DNA of 64,000 nucleotides from Methanobacteriota archaeon (GTDB taxonomy: Archaea > Thermoplasmatota > Thermoplasmata > SG8-5 > JAGLSY01): positions 842,149-906,148 of the forward strand of contig JAEHCO010000001.1 of the NCBI GenBank assembly GCA_020697715.1, read 5' to 3'. The position numbers and the translations under genes were made by a program. Below, piece after piece: positions 18,963 to 29,372 of the stretch (position 1 is its first letter; the number at the start of each line of letters is the position of its first letter). The notes beneath the pieces are model-generated. The model was not told the DNA's origin and did no database searches. It was given only the letters and a program-made list of their open reading frames with translations.

Positions 18963-21842
18963 TTACCAGTTGACTGTCCATGTCGAGCCTGAACTTACAT
19001 AGACCCAATATGCCTCACCACGCTGTAGGACATAGTCATCTGCCAGTGTGATGATATTGTATGGTCCAGCACCGTAGCCCTCAACTTTGGTTGCACCAGT
19101 TGCTGTCTTCAGATCCAATACATCATAGGCTGAATCATCCACTGCGGGGTAACCGATAAGGTTCCAGCCAGCATTCAAAGCTATGCCTGTGCTTGTAGGT
19201 TCATATCCCTGACCAACAGTCAGGAGTGTACCTGCTGTTGTGAGTTTCACCCACATGCCTTTGGCATTGTCCACGTTCGGCATGTCCTGTGCGATCCCAG
19301 CAGCTGCCTGTGCTTTGTCATAGGTCTTCCAGTGGTCTGTAGCATCTATTGTGTCATACCAGCAGACAGTTTCCCATGTGGTGTCGCCATTACCCCAACT
19401 CGCATCATCGAGAACTGTTAGGACATCTCCAGATGCTGTTATTGGGAATGAGACAAAGATCCAGTCTCCAGCTGATGCTGCACTTGTGTCCACATCGTAG
19501 TTGATCGGTGGTGATCCGGTTCCAATGGTCGGTGCTACCTTTGATTGTGTCTGGCCATAGTCGTATTCCATGTAGACTATTGGTGATGGCTGGTCGAAGG
19601 TAAGGGCCACATTGTCGAAGCCGACATAGTAGTTCCCGTCACCCTTGTTGGTTGAGTCATGCCTGAATCCCAGCTTGAGGTAATATGTGGTATCAGAATC
19701 TACTGCCGCTGACACATCAATTGTTCCGCTTCCAGTCCAGCCATATGTTCCACTTACATCAGAATTCCAAAGTTCTGAACCCCTTGAAGGGGCACCTGAG
19801 AAGTCGTCAATGAAAGCATATAAGGTCATTGTGGCAAGGTCTATGCCAACCTGAGTACAGGCGTGGTCCAATGACAGCTGTGCACTGAAGGGTGAGAAAC
19901 CAGTGGCGACTGGAAGTTCCCAGTAACCGGAGTATTCCTCGACAACGCTCTGACCGCCTCCATCACTGATAATTCCGATGTCAACATATCCGCCAGGGTT
20001 ACCGCCAGAAGATTGGTAGTTGCCTACCACATTACCGCCTGCAGTTCCCATGACCCACTGGTGGAAGGTCCAAGGTGTGGCAGCAGAATCGAATCCCTGA
20101 TTATCTGATTGTCCAGCAAATGATGGATATGGCCCACCAACTGCCTCGACCCAGATCTCAACTACTAAGCTGTCTCCATCACCGATTGCTCCAGACAATG
20201 TCTCTGTCCAGGTGAATTCATGTGATGTGGGGAATGCTCCAATATTCTCATTATCAAGGATCGTGGTGTATATTGGTGTACCCAAGTTGGATGACGTAAA
20301 GATCTTGGCGTACAGGTATGCTTCTAATGGATTGTAACCTGCATTTGGTGTCTTTCCGAACACATTGAAGGTCCAGGCACCGTTTATCGACTTGCCTGAG
20401 AAGGTCTGTGTAGTCTCCCATGTTCCCAATTGGAAGTGGCCAGCATCTGTTATGTCCCCGGTGTCGATCTCATTTTGTGTCAACTCGGCTGGGTTGATAT
20501 TCAGATCAAATGGTCCATCCAATTGGAAGTACCACTCGTCGTCGGGTGTGTTCATGACACTGAAGCACTCTGCACTGGTTGCATATCTGTAATTTCCAAG
20601 CGAGTCTGTTGCTTTGACCCTAACCATGTATGCTATGCCATCAGATACAGATGTTGTGTCCCATGTGTATTGGAAAGGGGCGATATTGTTGTCGGTGCCA
20701 GTGTATATGGTCGTCCAAGCCTGCCCACCATTTGCACTGTATTGGACCTCTATGTCCAATCCAGTGTCTGGGTCATCCTCGAAATCTGTAGCTGTCCATT
20801 CGACAACGACATCTCCACTGAGAACCTGCTCTGCGGCTCCTGTTGGTGTGACAAGTGTAACATCTGGTGCCAGATTGTCGAACAATTCGACCTCTGCCTG
20901 GTAGACCTCCCTGGTCGCCATATCCTGTACGAAGACAGTGGCTCCGATCTTGTCAACTACCCAGTCGGTGTCCAATGTTAATGGATAGCTCAGAGAGACC
21001 CAGTCTCCAGGGTTTGCTCCAGCTGTGTCAAATATTGGCTCTCCTACTCCACCAGCAGGCAAGATGTTCCATACTGCCCAGTCCAATTCGGCCTCGCCGT
21101 TCGGGTAAGGGGAAGCGTCCCATATCATATTGACTGGATCCCACAAAGGCCTGTTTATGTCTGTTTCCCAAAGGTAGACAAAGGCTCTCAAGTTTGTTGA
21201 AATAATTGCATCAGAAGCCTCAATATAGAGATTCATCGTACCATCTAGGCTCAAACCATTTATTGAGCTTCCAGCTGTATCGATTATCAAAGGTGATGGA
21301 ACTGCTGCTGCGTTATTGAAGGCAGTCACATAGGTGGCTGTCGTCTGGCCCGTATTAATGTCTCCTCCATCAAGGAAACAATCTGGAACACCAGTAATTC
21401 CATAGTAATTCACCCTCTCAATAACAGAATTGTCTGCATTACAGTAGTTGTATACCGCATCTGTAGCTGCACTTGGCCACCATACATGTACGTATGCTGG
21501 AGCCACAACATCATAGCCCACCGTCTCTATGGCAGGGGTCCACAATGGATTGTGGCTTGCACAGGGGGGACAGGCCCACTCTGTATAATCCACAGCCAAT
21601 GATGTTCTCTGTACCGAGTGCGGTGTGTAACCTGGTGTTGTCCCATACGTTTTCACAATTGGCGCTGTCGCAATTGATTGCGGCGGCTCTGCCGCGCTAA
21701 CGATGGGGGCATTACCATCCATTACCACACGCTCTGGAATGGCTTCTGGAGTTGTTTCACTGACCACTCCTACTGTCAAAAGTCCAAACCCACTTATTAT
21801 CATCATAGCAGTTACTATTCCCGCTAATAATTTCAATTTCAT
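18963..21842 (-). CDS. Secreted protein with an Omp28/thioredoxin-like N-terminal domain, beta-sandwich domains and the shared C-terminal module
   Basis: Signal peptide; DYTEWACPPC and YYGITGVPDCFLDG; C-terminal WIFVSFP...GWNLIGYP...GEAYWVYV. ATG 21842 follows a GAGGAGGA ribosome-binding site (track 21872). Confidence 0.8.
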   Translation of the reverse strand: MKLKLLAGIVTAMMIISGFGLLTVGVVSETTPEAIPERVVMDGNAPIVSAAEPPQSIATAPIVKTYGTTPGYTPHSVQRTSLAVDYTEWACPPCASHNPLWTPAIETVGYDVVAPAYVHVWWPSAATDAVYNYCNADNSVIERVNYYGITGVPDCFLDGGDINTGQTTATYVTAFNNAAAVPSPLIIDTAGSSINGLSLDGTMNLYIEASDAIISTNLRAFVYLWETDINRPLWDPVNMIWDASPYPNGEAELDWAVWNILPAGGVGEPIFDTAGANPGDWVSLSYPLTLDTDWVVDKIGATVFVQDMATREVYQAEVELFDNLAPDVTLVTPTGAAEQVLSGDVVVEWTATDFEDDPDTGLDIEVQYSANGGQAWTTIYTGTDNNIAPFQYTWDTTSVSDGIAYMVRVKATDSLGNYRYATSAECFSVMNTPDDEWYFQLDGPFDLNINPAELTQNEIDTGDITDAGHFQLGTWETTQTFSGKSINGAWTFNVFGKTPNAGYNPLEAYLYAKIFTSSNLGTPIYTTILDNENIGAFPTSHEFTWTETLSGAIGDGDSLVVEIWVEAVGGPYPSFAGQSDNQGFDSAATPWTFHQWVMGTAGGNVVGNYQSSGGNPGGYVDIGIISDGGGQSVVEEYSGYWELPVATGFSPFSAQLSLDHACTQVGIDLATMTLYAFIDDFSGAPSRGSELWNSDVSGTYGWTGSGTIDVSAAVDSDTTYYLKLGFRHDSTNKGDGNYYVGFDNVALTFDQPSPIVYMEYDYGQTQSKVAPTIGTGSPPINYDVDTSAASAGDWIFVSFPITASGDVLTVLDDASWGNGDTTWETVCWYDTIDATDHWKTYDKAQAAAGIAQDMPNVDNAKGMWVKLTTAGTLLTVGQGYEPTSTGIALNAGWNLIGYPAVDDSAYDVLDLKTATGATKVEGYGAGPYNIITLADDYVLQRGEAYWVYVSSGSTWTVNW

Positions 21843-22108
21843 CTTATTCCTCCTCTTTGTCTCTAACTTCAATTGTACTATTTTGATACACTAATGTTAG
21901 ATGTTAGCACATATTAATATAGTTAATATATATAAGATTTATTGCAATAATATAGCACAATGAATTAGTTTTTTGTTATGTTTGAATAATAAGGTTATAG
22001 ATGGTATGGCAGGCTGATTATGACCTTAAAATAATACTTTTTTCTATGTTAAATTCATGCTAAATTGTTCAATAGAAATTCCTATATATCACCATCTCCT
22101 TCTATCAT

Positions 22109-22609
22109 ATGATGTGGAGAAAGATAGAGGATGAATTTTCCCGCTTGCCGTCCCAGGCAGTCGTTGCCAAGTACATGTTGGAGACTGGCATAAAGGTCGA
22201 TAAGATGAAATTATATTTCGACAAGGTCGCCATGTCACATTCTCAGCTGGCCACCGCACTTGAGAAGGATAAGCGAGTGGTCACATCCACTGTCAAGACC
22301 ATCAATGATAATCCCCGTCTGTATGAGATATACTCCAAATTGACCCCCACATGCAATCTTTTCAATATGGCTCTGAACATGGGCTGGGGTGTTATCGGAT
22401 TGGATATCTGCTATACTGGAAAACCAGGGACCATGGGTGAGATCACCAGTATAATCGGTGAGGGTGGCATCTCCATCAGACAGGCGCAATGCCCTGCTAC
22501 TTCCGCCGGCCTTCTGTACATAATAACAGACACTCCGATCCCTGCAAAGATCATAGAGAAGATCAAGACAGTGGCTGATGTGAAGACTATCACTTTCTAT
22601 CAAGAATGA
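22109..22609 (+). CDS. Regulator of amino acid metabolism with ACT domain (COG2150-like)
   Basis: MW..I...F...PSQ..VA..MLE.G; C-terminal PG.MGEITSII...GISIRQ ACT motif. Confidence 0.8.
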   Translation: MMWRKIEDEFSRLPSQAVVAKYMLETGIKVDKMKLYFDKVAMSHSQLATALEKDKRVVTSTVKTINDNPRLYEIYSKLTPTCNLFNMALNMGWGVIGLDICYTGKPGTMGEITSIIGEGGISIRQAQCPATSAGLLYIITDTPIPAKIIEKIKTVADVKTITFYQE

Positions 22610-22705
22610 ACTCAGACCCTATTTTTATATAATTAGTCTTTCATACACATTATATTACTAATTTATGCAGATATGCATGATGAATTGTATGATGGAGAGA
22701 TATAG

Positions 22706-25700
22706 ATGAGTTTATTAGAAAATATGAAAAGTGGGCAAATTAAAGCAATGATTTCAGTTTTAATGGTAGGGTTGATGTTCCTCATGAGTGCGGGGCCAAT
22801 CATGGCGGAATATTCTGGAGATGCGATATCTCAGGACGGTGGCAATGCCACAACTCCTGCGGCTTTCCCAACTCCTTGGCTTGATGATTTTGAATTTGGT
22901 GTGCTTGGTGGAAGTACTGGGGTCAATTGGACGACCACGGACATAACACTTTCCGGTGTGAGCAATGCCATATCTCAATCGGGAATCAATTCCCTTTACA
23001 CATGCGGAGGATCTGTAGTCGTTAATTCCTCTTCTATAGATACCAGTTCTCTTAGTTATACTCAGTTAACATTCTGGATAATGAGAGGGGACGATGGTGT
23101 GATCGGTAGTGAGGATACGGATGCAGGTGAGAACTTCGTAGTGTCTTACTTAAATGATCTTGGTTCTTGGATAACTCTCGAGATCTTCCTAGGTAGTGGT
23201 TTAAATGGAGAGATCATGTCCAGGGAATATTCATTGCCAGCAGATGCAAATCATGCAAATTTCCAGGTTCAATTCGAGCAGACAGCAGGAAGTGGTTTTG
23301 GGATGGATTACTGGCATGTGGACGATGTCATGGTCAGAGAATATACGCCCTTCGAAGTGGAGGTGACCCCTGGATCCCAAACAGGTTCAGCCCCAGCAGG
23401 TGGGGTGGTCGATCACCATATCAGTATTGAGAACATAGGAATATTGAATGACACATATGATCTTTCTGTATCTGGAAATACTTGGCCAGTGACCTTTAGA
23501 AACATGGCGGATACCATGGATATCACGATGATCAGTGTACCTGTCGGCAATATGATCCAGGTGATCGTACGTGTGAATATTGCAAACACTGCCATGCCTG
23601 GTGATTCAGATCTTGCCAACATAACTGTCACTTCACAAAGTGATGGCTCAGTGGAGGATAAATGCATTGTGAATACTGAATTTTACATGACTGTTAGCAG
23701 TGGCGGTGCTTATTTCGTTACTGGATCCTTATCAGATTGGGCTTATGTATCCAATGATGGGTCCCAACATTTCATATTCAATACTTTTGATTGGGTTTGG
23801 CCGACATATGCTAACAGTGGTGAGATACTTCTCATATGGGACGAAGACGCTTGGAATGATGCCTGGAGAACTGAAATGGGACTTCGCAGTATACCATTCA
23901 CACAAGTTACTGGTAGCGCGGTAAATGCCAGCATGCTGGATAGTACCACTTATCCGATGATCATAATTTCTGAAATGATGTACACCGCATCTCTTCCAAA
24001 TATGGAATCACTCGTTACTGAATTTGAGGACTATGTATTGGATGGAGGAGTTCTTATTGATATGATAGGCACCAACAATTTGAGGAGATGGAGCCAGGGA
24101 ACTCCAGGTCCTTTTGGAACAGTAACGGATGCCACTACAGATCTTAACAATTATGTTGCTGAGGTTGGACATGAGATGGTTGAAAATATCCCTATGCCTT
24201 TCTTTTCAGGCAACTCCGCATCTCATGCCAGAATAACCACATCACCAAACGGTTCTATTGACCTTCTTACAACAGGGACGACCCCGGGCGGGGTTCCAGT
24301 GGCTTGCTGGCTTGAATTTACAAGCTTTGAGAATGTCACAGTATTATGGACATCTCCTGCCAATGATTCCACGAGTGTCCCGGTCAATAACAATATCGTT
24401 GTGGTATATGATCAGAATATGAATTCCAGTGATATACCAGTGCTTTCACAGGTTGGCGGTACAGATCCAGGAGGATGGACATTCACAGGCTGGTCTTCAT
24501 CAAATATAAATAATGACACCGCGACATGGACGCATAATGACTGGGCACTGAACCAGACCGTGAACATGACGGTTTACAATGGTAGTTCGATAAGTGGGAA
24601 TGTGCCAATTCAATATAATTGGACCTTCAATACCACATTGGGTGGTGTCACAACAGCCAATGCCACAGGCCCCATTGGTACCTGGTCAAATAATGCTGAT
24701 ATTGACATTCAATATGTGACAACCGGAGGCCCATCCACTGTTGATATTTATTATTCGACAAATGGTGGGGCAACCTGGACCTTGATAGGTACTGATGATC
24801 CCGCAGACGGATCCTTCCTATGGACCATTCCAGGAGAGGGGGTGTATTCTTGGATAGCCGTGTCTCCTGATGAGATCGCACCTGTTCCAACAGATATACC
24901 CGAAATTAGCTCTTACCAGTATGATGCTACATCACCTGCTTCATCTGCTGACCTGATAACCCCTTACTGGCATGAGTCCTCGCTTTTGATAACAGCAACA
25001 GCAAATGATGCTCTAAGTGGTGTATCCTCTGTCCAGCTCTATTATAGATACTCGGCGGATAATGCATCATGGGGAGGTTGGATATTATTCAATACGGACA
25101 GCGCCGCTGCTTATGATTTCAACTTTGATTTCCCACAGTCTGATGGTTATTATGAATTCTACACTATTGCGATGGATAATGCCTTCAATATGGAGGCAGC
25201 TCCCGGGTCTGCAGATGCCATATGTGCCTATGATCCTGTCCCACCAGCAAGCTGGGTAGATATGATATCACCTTACCTCCAGCATATGTCGCCTTTACTC
25301 ATAACCGCCACAGCAAGTGATGCCACGACAAGTGTGGATTATGTGGAATTATGGTACAGGTATTCGAACTTTAACTTCACTTGGGGTGCATGGACGATAA
25401 TAGGTAATGATACGACATCACCATATTCGTATAGCTTCACATTCCCTAATGGTGAAGGTTACTATCAATTCTACACTCGGGCAATGGACAATAATTCTCA
25501 ATATGAGCCAGCTCCAGTAATGGCTGACACATCCTGTCAATATGAACTGATCATTCCAGATGTCACATCTGTGGTTCCTGTAGATGCATCCACTGGCATA
25601 GATATTGGTCAGGATGTCAGTGTGGTATATGATGGGACCATGAACACTCTTGTCACTCCGATATTGACACAGACTGGCGGTACCAACCCGGGTGGCTGGG

Positions 25701-27295
25701 TCTTTGTAGGATGGTCCACGACCAATGTAGCGGATGATACAGCCACATGGACCCACAGTGATTGGACATATGCTCAGCTTATCACTTTGCAAATAAATGG
25801 GGGTGAAAATCTCTATGGTAACTCACTTGCAAATCCTGCTACCTGGAGCTTCACGACCTTTGTGCCGGATATGACACCACCTGTGGTGGATGCTGGCAAT
25901 GACAGATTTGAGAACTCGATCTTCACACAATACGGTTCAGCCACTGATGCAGAATCTGGGGTCGATGGATATGAATGGACACAGGAATCTGGTCCAGGTA
26001 CTATCACTTTCCAGGATCCATATAATGCGTATACCCAAATGGAGGCTGATACTGATGGGGTATATGTGGTAAGCCTCATGGCCTATGATTTCGAAGGAAA
26101 TAGTGCCACTGACACCTTTAGACTTGTATGGGATACGGTCGTTCCTATTGTTGATGCAGGACCTAATAGCACCCGGAATAAGCAATTCACTCAGTACGGC
26201 ACGGTCATAGAAGAAGGAAGTGGGATCAGTTACTACTCATGGACAGTGGAAATTGGATATGTCAGTCATATCACCTTTGGATCCAGTTATGATAATCAGA
26301 CCACGATTCGATCTGACTCAGATAGGACATACACCATCCGGTTCACCGTCTCTGATCTTGCAGGAAATAGCGCCTATGATGAATTCACTTTGGTTTGGGA
26401 TACCACGTCCCCCATGGTCACTATAACTCCATCTGGAAATGATGTCCCGATCGATACCAATATCACCTTGTCCTTTGATGAGGAAATGAACCGCGACAGT
26501 GTGGAAGCTGGTCTGATAATACTATGGAACAATGGGGATGAATATGTTGAGGATGATACGATCACTGGAACCTTCAACTGGAATGATGCTGGCTCAGAGG
26601 TGTCCTTCGATCCAGATGATCCGCTATCTTATAGTATGAAATATACTGTGGAATTCACAAATTCGGTGAGAGATATAGCTGGTAACAAAATGGGCAGTGA
26701 TGGAGGATACAAGGGCTTTATCACCATGGATGAACCAATTCCACCAGCAGGCGATATAGAAGGCCAGATATTGGATAATAATGATGAACCTATCGAAGGA
26801 GCCGTGGTCGAGATAATGATCGATGGAGTTTCGTATAGTGACACGACGGATTCAGATGGTAATTTCGAAATAGAGGGCGTTCCTGTAGGAACTCACGATA
26901 TGACAGTTACCAAAGGTACTGTGGAAGATACCATATCGGTTGTGATCGAGCCTGATGACACTACAGAGGTCCCACCTTTCAATCTTGTTCCAGAAACAGT
27001 AGAGGATGATGGAGCATCGAGCTTTTGGTGGATACTGTTAATAATAATAGTAGTGGTAATTCTGATCTTGATCATCGTGATGAAGAATAAGAAAAATGGA
27101 CCACCGCAACAGGCACACACACCTCCACAACATTACGAGGATCCCCCACCGCCACCAGGATATGTCGATCAGTCTGCTAGCACCATGCCTCCAGAGGGAG
27201 CTCCCCCTACGACTCCAGGGGAAGCAACACCTGTGATGCCAGAAGAGGCACCACCGATGCCACCTGAAGATATGCCACCAGCATCTCCTGAATAG
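22706..27295 (+). CDS. Large cell-surface glycoprotein with SbsA/Big_5-type Ig domains, repeated beta-sandwich units, a carboxypeptidase-regulatory-like domain, TM anchor and Pro-rich tail
   Basis: Signal peptide; duplicated GGTxPGGW...DTATWTHxDW, GYYxFYT.AMD and PxVDAG units; WWILLIIIVVVILILIIV; many NxS/T sequons. Confidence 0.85.
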   Translation: MSLLENMKSGQIKAMISVLMVGLMFLMSAGPIMAEYSGDAISQDGGNATTPAAFPTPWLDDFEFGVLGGSTGVNWTTTDITLSGVSNAISQSGINSLYTCGGSVVVNSSSIDTSSLSYTQLTFWIMRGDDGVIGSEDTDAGENFVVSYLNDLGSWITLEIFLGSGLNGEIMSREYSLPADANHANFQVQFEQTAGSGFGMDYWHVDDVMVREYTPFEVEVTPGSQTGSAPAGGVVDHHISIENIGILNDTYDLSVSGNTWPVTFRNMADTMDITMISVPVGNMIQVIVRVNIANTAMPGDSDLANITVTSQSDGSVEDKCIVNTEFYMTVSSGGAYFVTGSLSDWAYVSNDGSQHFIFNTFDWVWPTYANSGEILLIWDEDAWNDAWRTEMGLRSIPFTQVTGSAVNASMLDSTTYPMIIISEMMYTASLPNMESLVTEFEDYVLDGGVLIDMIGTNNLRRWSQGTPGPFGTVTDATTDLNNYVAEVGHEMVENIPMPFFSGNSASHARITTSPNGSIDLLTTGTTPGGVPVACWLEFTSFENVTVLWTSPANDSTSVPVNNNIVVVYDQNMNSSDIPVLSQVGGTDPGGWTFTGWSSSNINNDTATWTHNDWALNQTVNMTVYNGSSISGNVPIQYNWTFNTTLGGVTTANATGPIGTWSNNADIDIQYVTTGGPSTVDIYYSTNGGATWTLIGTDDPADGSFLWTIPGEGVYSWIAVSPDEIAPVPTDIPEISSYQYDATSPASSADLITPYWHESSLLITATANDALSGVSSVQLYYRYSADNASWGGWILFNTDSAAAYDFNFDFPQSDGYYEFYTIAMDNAFNMEAAPGSADAICAYDPVPPASWVDMISPYLQHMSPLLITATASDATTSVDYVELWYRYSNFNFTWGAWTIIGNDTTSPYSYSFTFPNGEGYYQFYTRAMDNNSQYEPAPVMADTSCQYELIIPDVTSVVPVDASTGIDIGQDVSVVYDGTMNTLVTPILTQTGGTNPGGWVFVGWSTTNVADDTATWTHSDWTYAQLITLQINGGENLYGNSLANPATWSFTTFVPDMTPPVVDAGNDRFENSIFTQYGSATDAESGVDGYEWTQESGPGTITFQDPYNAYTQMEADTDGVYVVSLMAYDFEGNSATDTFRLVWDTVVPIVDAGPNSTRNKQFTQYGTVIEEGSGISYYSWTVEIGYVSHITFGSSYDNQTTIRSDSDRTYTIRFTVSDLAGNSAYDEFTLVWDTTSPMVTITPSGNDVPIDTNITLSFDEEMNRDSVEAGLIILWNNGDEYVEDDTITGTFNWNDAGSEVSFDPDDPLSYSMKYTVEFTNSVRDIAGNKMGSDGGYKGFITMDEPIPPAGDIEGQILDNNDEPIEGAVVEIMIDGVSYSDTTDSDGNFEIEGVPVGTHDMTVTKGTVEDTISVVIEPDDTTEVPPFNLVPETVEDDGASSFWWILLIIIVVVILILIIVMKNKKNGPPQQAHTPPQHYEDPPPPPGYVDQSASTMPPEGAPPTTPGEATPVMPEEAPPMPPEDMPPASPE

Positions 27296-27480
27296 ATATA
27301 CATCAGTGTCTTCCAGATATCGTAGATCACAAAGACTATGAGCAATGTATGTTCGATTTGAAATACTATAGGAATAGTGCTTGACATCCAAAAAGATCAT
27401 GCCTGGCTTGGTCGCTCTAACTATATGAAATGTGGATGTATGATTTGGTGCTTTAAAGTATTAGACTATAAAGCTATCCC

Positions 27481-27496
27481 AAAACCTTTTTTAAAT
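27481..27496 (+). promoter_or_regulatory. Archaeal BRE/TATA-like promoter
   Basis: AAAACCTTTTTTAAAT about 30 nt upstream of ATG 27527; similar ACCTTTA motifs occur at about 7951, 42559 and 46348. Confidence 0.5.
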
Positions 27497-27526
27497 GCCC
27501 TATCAATATAAGAATGGAGTGAAATC

Positions 27527-28021
27527 ATGGCAAGCATCGAGGATGAACTGGTCAAGGCAGACATACTATTAGCGGAATTTGAACATGAAAAAGCCAGAAA
27601 GAAGTTCAATGATATCATTAAAAAGGATCCAAAGAATGCAAGGGCTTACTTCGGTAAGGCTGAAGCTTCTCTGGGAGTACACAAGGTGAAGGCTGAAGAG
27701 ATACAGGAATTATACATGAAAGCTGCTGAACTGGATCCTGAAGAAGTGTACTATGTCACTTCTCTCGCATCTTTCTGCAATGATATAGGTCGCTTCAATG
27801 AGGCCGAGGAGTATTATAACAAGGCCACTGAGATAGATGAGGAAAATGCTGGTCTGTATTTCTCCGAGTTCGCAATGGGCTATTTCACAAGGGCTCCGAT
27901 CGCCATGGAAAAGTTCCTTGATGAGACCACGACACGTATGATCAAGAAGAAATCCTTGACATACATGTTAAAAGCTCTGGACATGGATGAGAAAGAAGCA
28001 ATGGAACTTCTCTCAGATTAG
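27527..28021 (+). CDS. Small TPR protein
   Basis: DPKNARAYFGKA, YMKAAELDPEE and EAEEYYNKATEID. Confidence 0.85.
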   Translation: MASIEDELVKADILLAEFEHEKARKKFNDIIKKDPKNARAYFGKAEASLGVHKVKAEEIQELYMKAAELDPEEVYYVTSLASFCNDIGRFNEAEEYYNKATEIDEENAGLYFSEFAMGYFTRAPIAMEKFLDETTTRMIKKKSLTYMLKALDMDEKEAMELLSD

Positions 28022-28167
28022 ATATTCTATTAATTGCATTTTTTAAGCTATCAGCTTCAGCTTATCGAATCATCCCCAAGCTTGGGTTGGATTCAATAAG
28101 GGCTCATATTCCTGCTAAACTTCAATGATTTATCAGAAGGAATACCCCCTTTAGGGTTTGGGAGCCC

Positions 28168-28305
28168 TCATTCTTTTCCGCTGGTGCAACTCTTGCATCC
28201 GCCCGAGTGTGGATCCAGGCAGCTCTTGCAGGATATCTTCCCGCATAAGGAACAGCTTGTCATCGCAGGCTTCCCACATACATGGCATACTCCCATGAGT
28301 TTCAT
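28168..28305 (-). CDS. 45-aa zinc-finger microprotein with four CxxC pairs
   Basis: Hand translation MKLMGVCHVCGKPAMTSCSLCGKISCKSCLDPHSGGCKSCTSGKE; its ATG overlaps the mptA stop (ATGA). Too short for the ORF track. Confidence 0.75.
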   Translation of the reverse strand: MKLMGVCHVCGKPAMTSCSLCGKISCKSCLDPHSGGCKSCTSGKE

Positions 28306-29180
28306 GCTTTGAGCTCTCCCAATGTCGTGACCCTTTCGGCAAATGCATTATGTTTGTGTATGGATTCCTGACTTTCACTCTTTGCCATTATCCTTACATC
28401 ATCTGGCATGTTCTGATATTTGTCCAGTACCGCGCTAAGTATGTCTCTGACGACATCTTCCACGAATTTGGGATTGGCATGAGCCTTTTCAACGATATCC
28501 GCTTCATGCTTTCTTTTCAATATCTCCCTGGTAGGGCTGCTCAATGATCCCTCAAGTATGTTTATGAGATCCTCGGCTTCAACATCGAAATTTGCAGGGA
28601 CGTCTATCTCCAGACTGCTGATATTCCTCTGATTGTGGGTGATGATCGGAATTGCCTTGAGCAATTCCTCACTTTCCGGGTGGCGGGAAAGGTATCTGTC
28701 CCTCACTTCCTCCATCGCACACGGACAGGCCGTCATACCGATGACCTCCACACCTATTGATTTGTTGGATTCACCATTTCGGAAGCTTACTGCTGTTGCC
28801 TTAAGAAGATAAGATTCCAGACTGCTGGTACCTCCATTCACTTCTCTCTCCATGAAATAATCCGCCATGATGTTCACCTCTGAACATGTAGCATATTCAT
28901 GTCTGATCAAAAGCTCAGAGCATATCCTGTCTGCTAGTATTTCCAGGCTGTCAGCATGATCTCTCACACTCTCATCCAGAACCTGTGATAGAACCTCAAG
29001 GTTCCTGGAAAGATGAGAGCCTTTCAATTCAGCTGGAAGGTCGACAAAGATATCGAAACTGGCAGTTAGCACAACTTCCTTGTTACCTCTCTTAATTGTC
29101 ACAGGCTTCTTGACATCTGTGACACCTACTCTCGTTAGCTTGAAACTTCCTCTCAGTAATTGGCTCTGGACATCGGACAT
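28302..29180 (-). CDS. mptA: GTP cyclohydrolase MptA / FolE2 family
   Basis: DVQ...RVGV, KGSHLSR, GMTACPC, THNQR, NPKFVEDVVR and ESIHKHNAFA. ATG 29180 follows GGAGTGA (track 29216). Confidence 0.9.
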   Translation of the reverse strand: MSDVQSQLLRGSFKLTRVGVTDVKKPVTIKRGNKEVVLTASFDIFVDLPAELKGSHLSRNLEVLSQVLDESVRDHADSLEILADRICSELLIRHEYATCSEVNIMADYFMEREVNGGTSSLESYLLKATAVSFRNGESNKSIGVEVIGMTACPCAMEEVRDRYLSRHPESEELLKAIPIITHNQRNISSLEIDVPANFDVEAEDLINILEGSLSSPTREILKRKHEADIVEKAHANPKFVEDVVRDILSAVLDKYQNMPDDVRIMAKSESQESIHKHNAFAERVTTLGELKA

Positions 29181-29372
29181 TATGTCACTCCTATATCGTG
29201 GTCTTATTAACAACATGTAGATAAAGATTGGTATCTTTTCTATCCCTAATTTCGCTTGCTTGATCTTGCTTGATATTTTACATTAGGATGTGATGAGATC
29301 CGCGATGATATATCATAAAAATACCACTATAAGTTAAGTATCTGATATCGATATCCATCCAGTGGTGATATT

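Noticed and set aside
28061-28100. Imperfect hairpin centred on CCCAAGCTTGGG as an ncRNA
   Set aside because: Lies between convergent genes and is adequately explained as a 3'-end structure; no tRNA or C/D-box features.
28151-28378. 75-aa minus-strand ORF from the track
   Set aside because: Overlaps mptA out of frame; the 8-Cys ORF at 28168-28305 is the better-supported reading.
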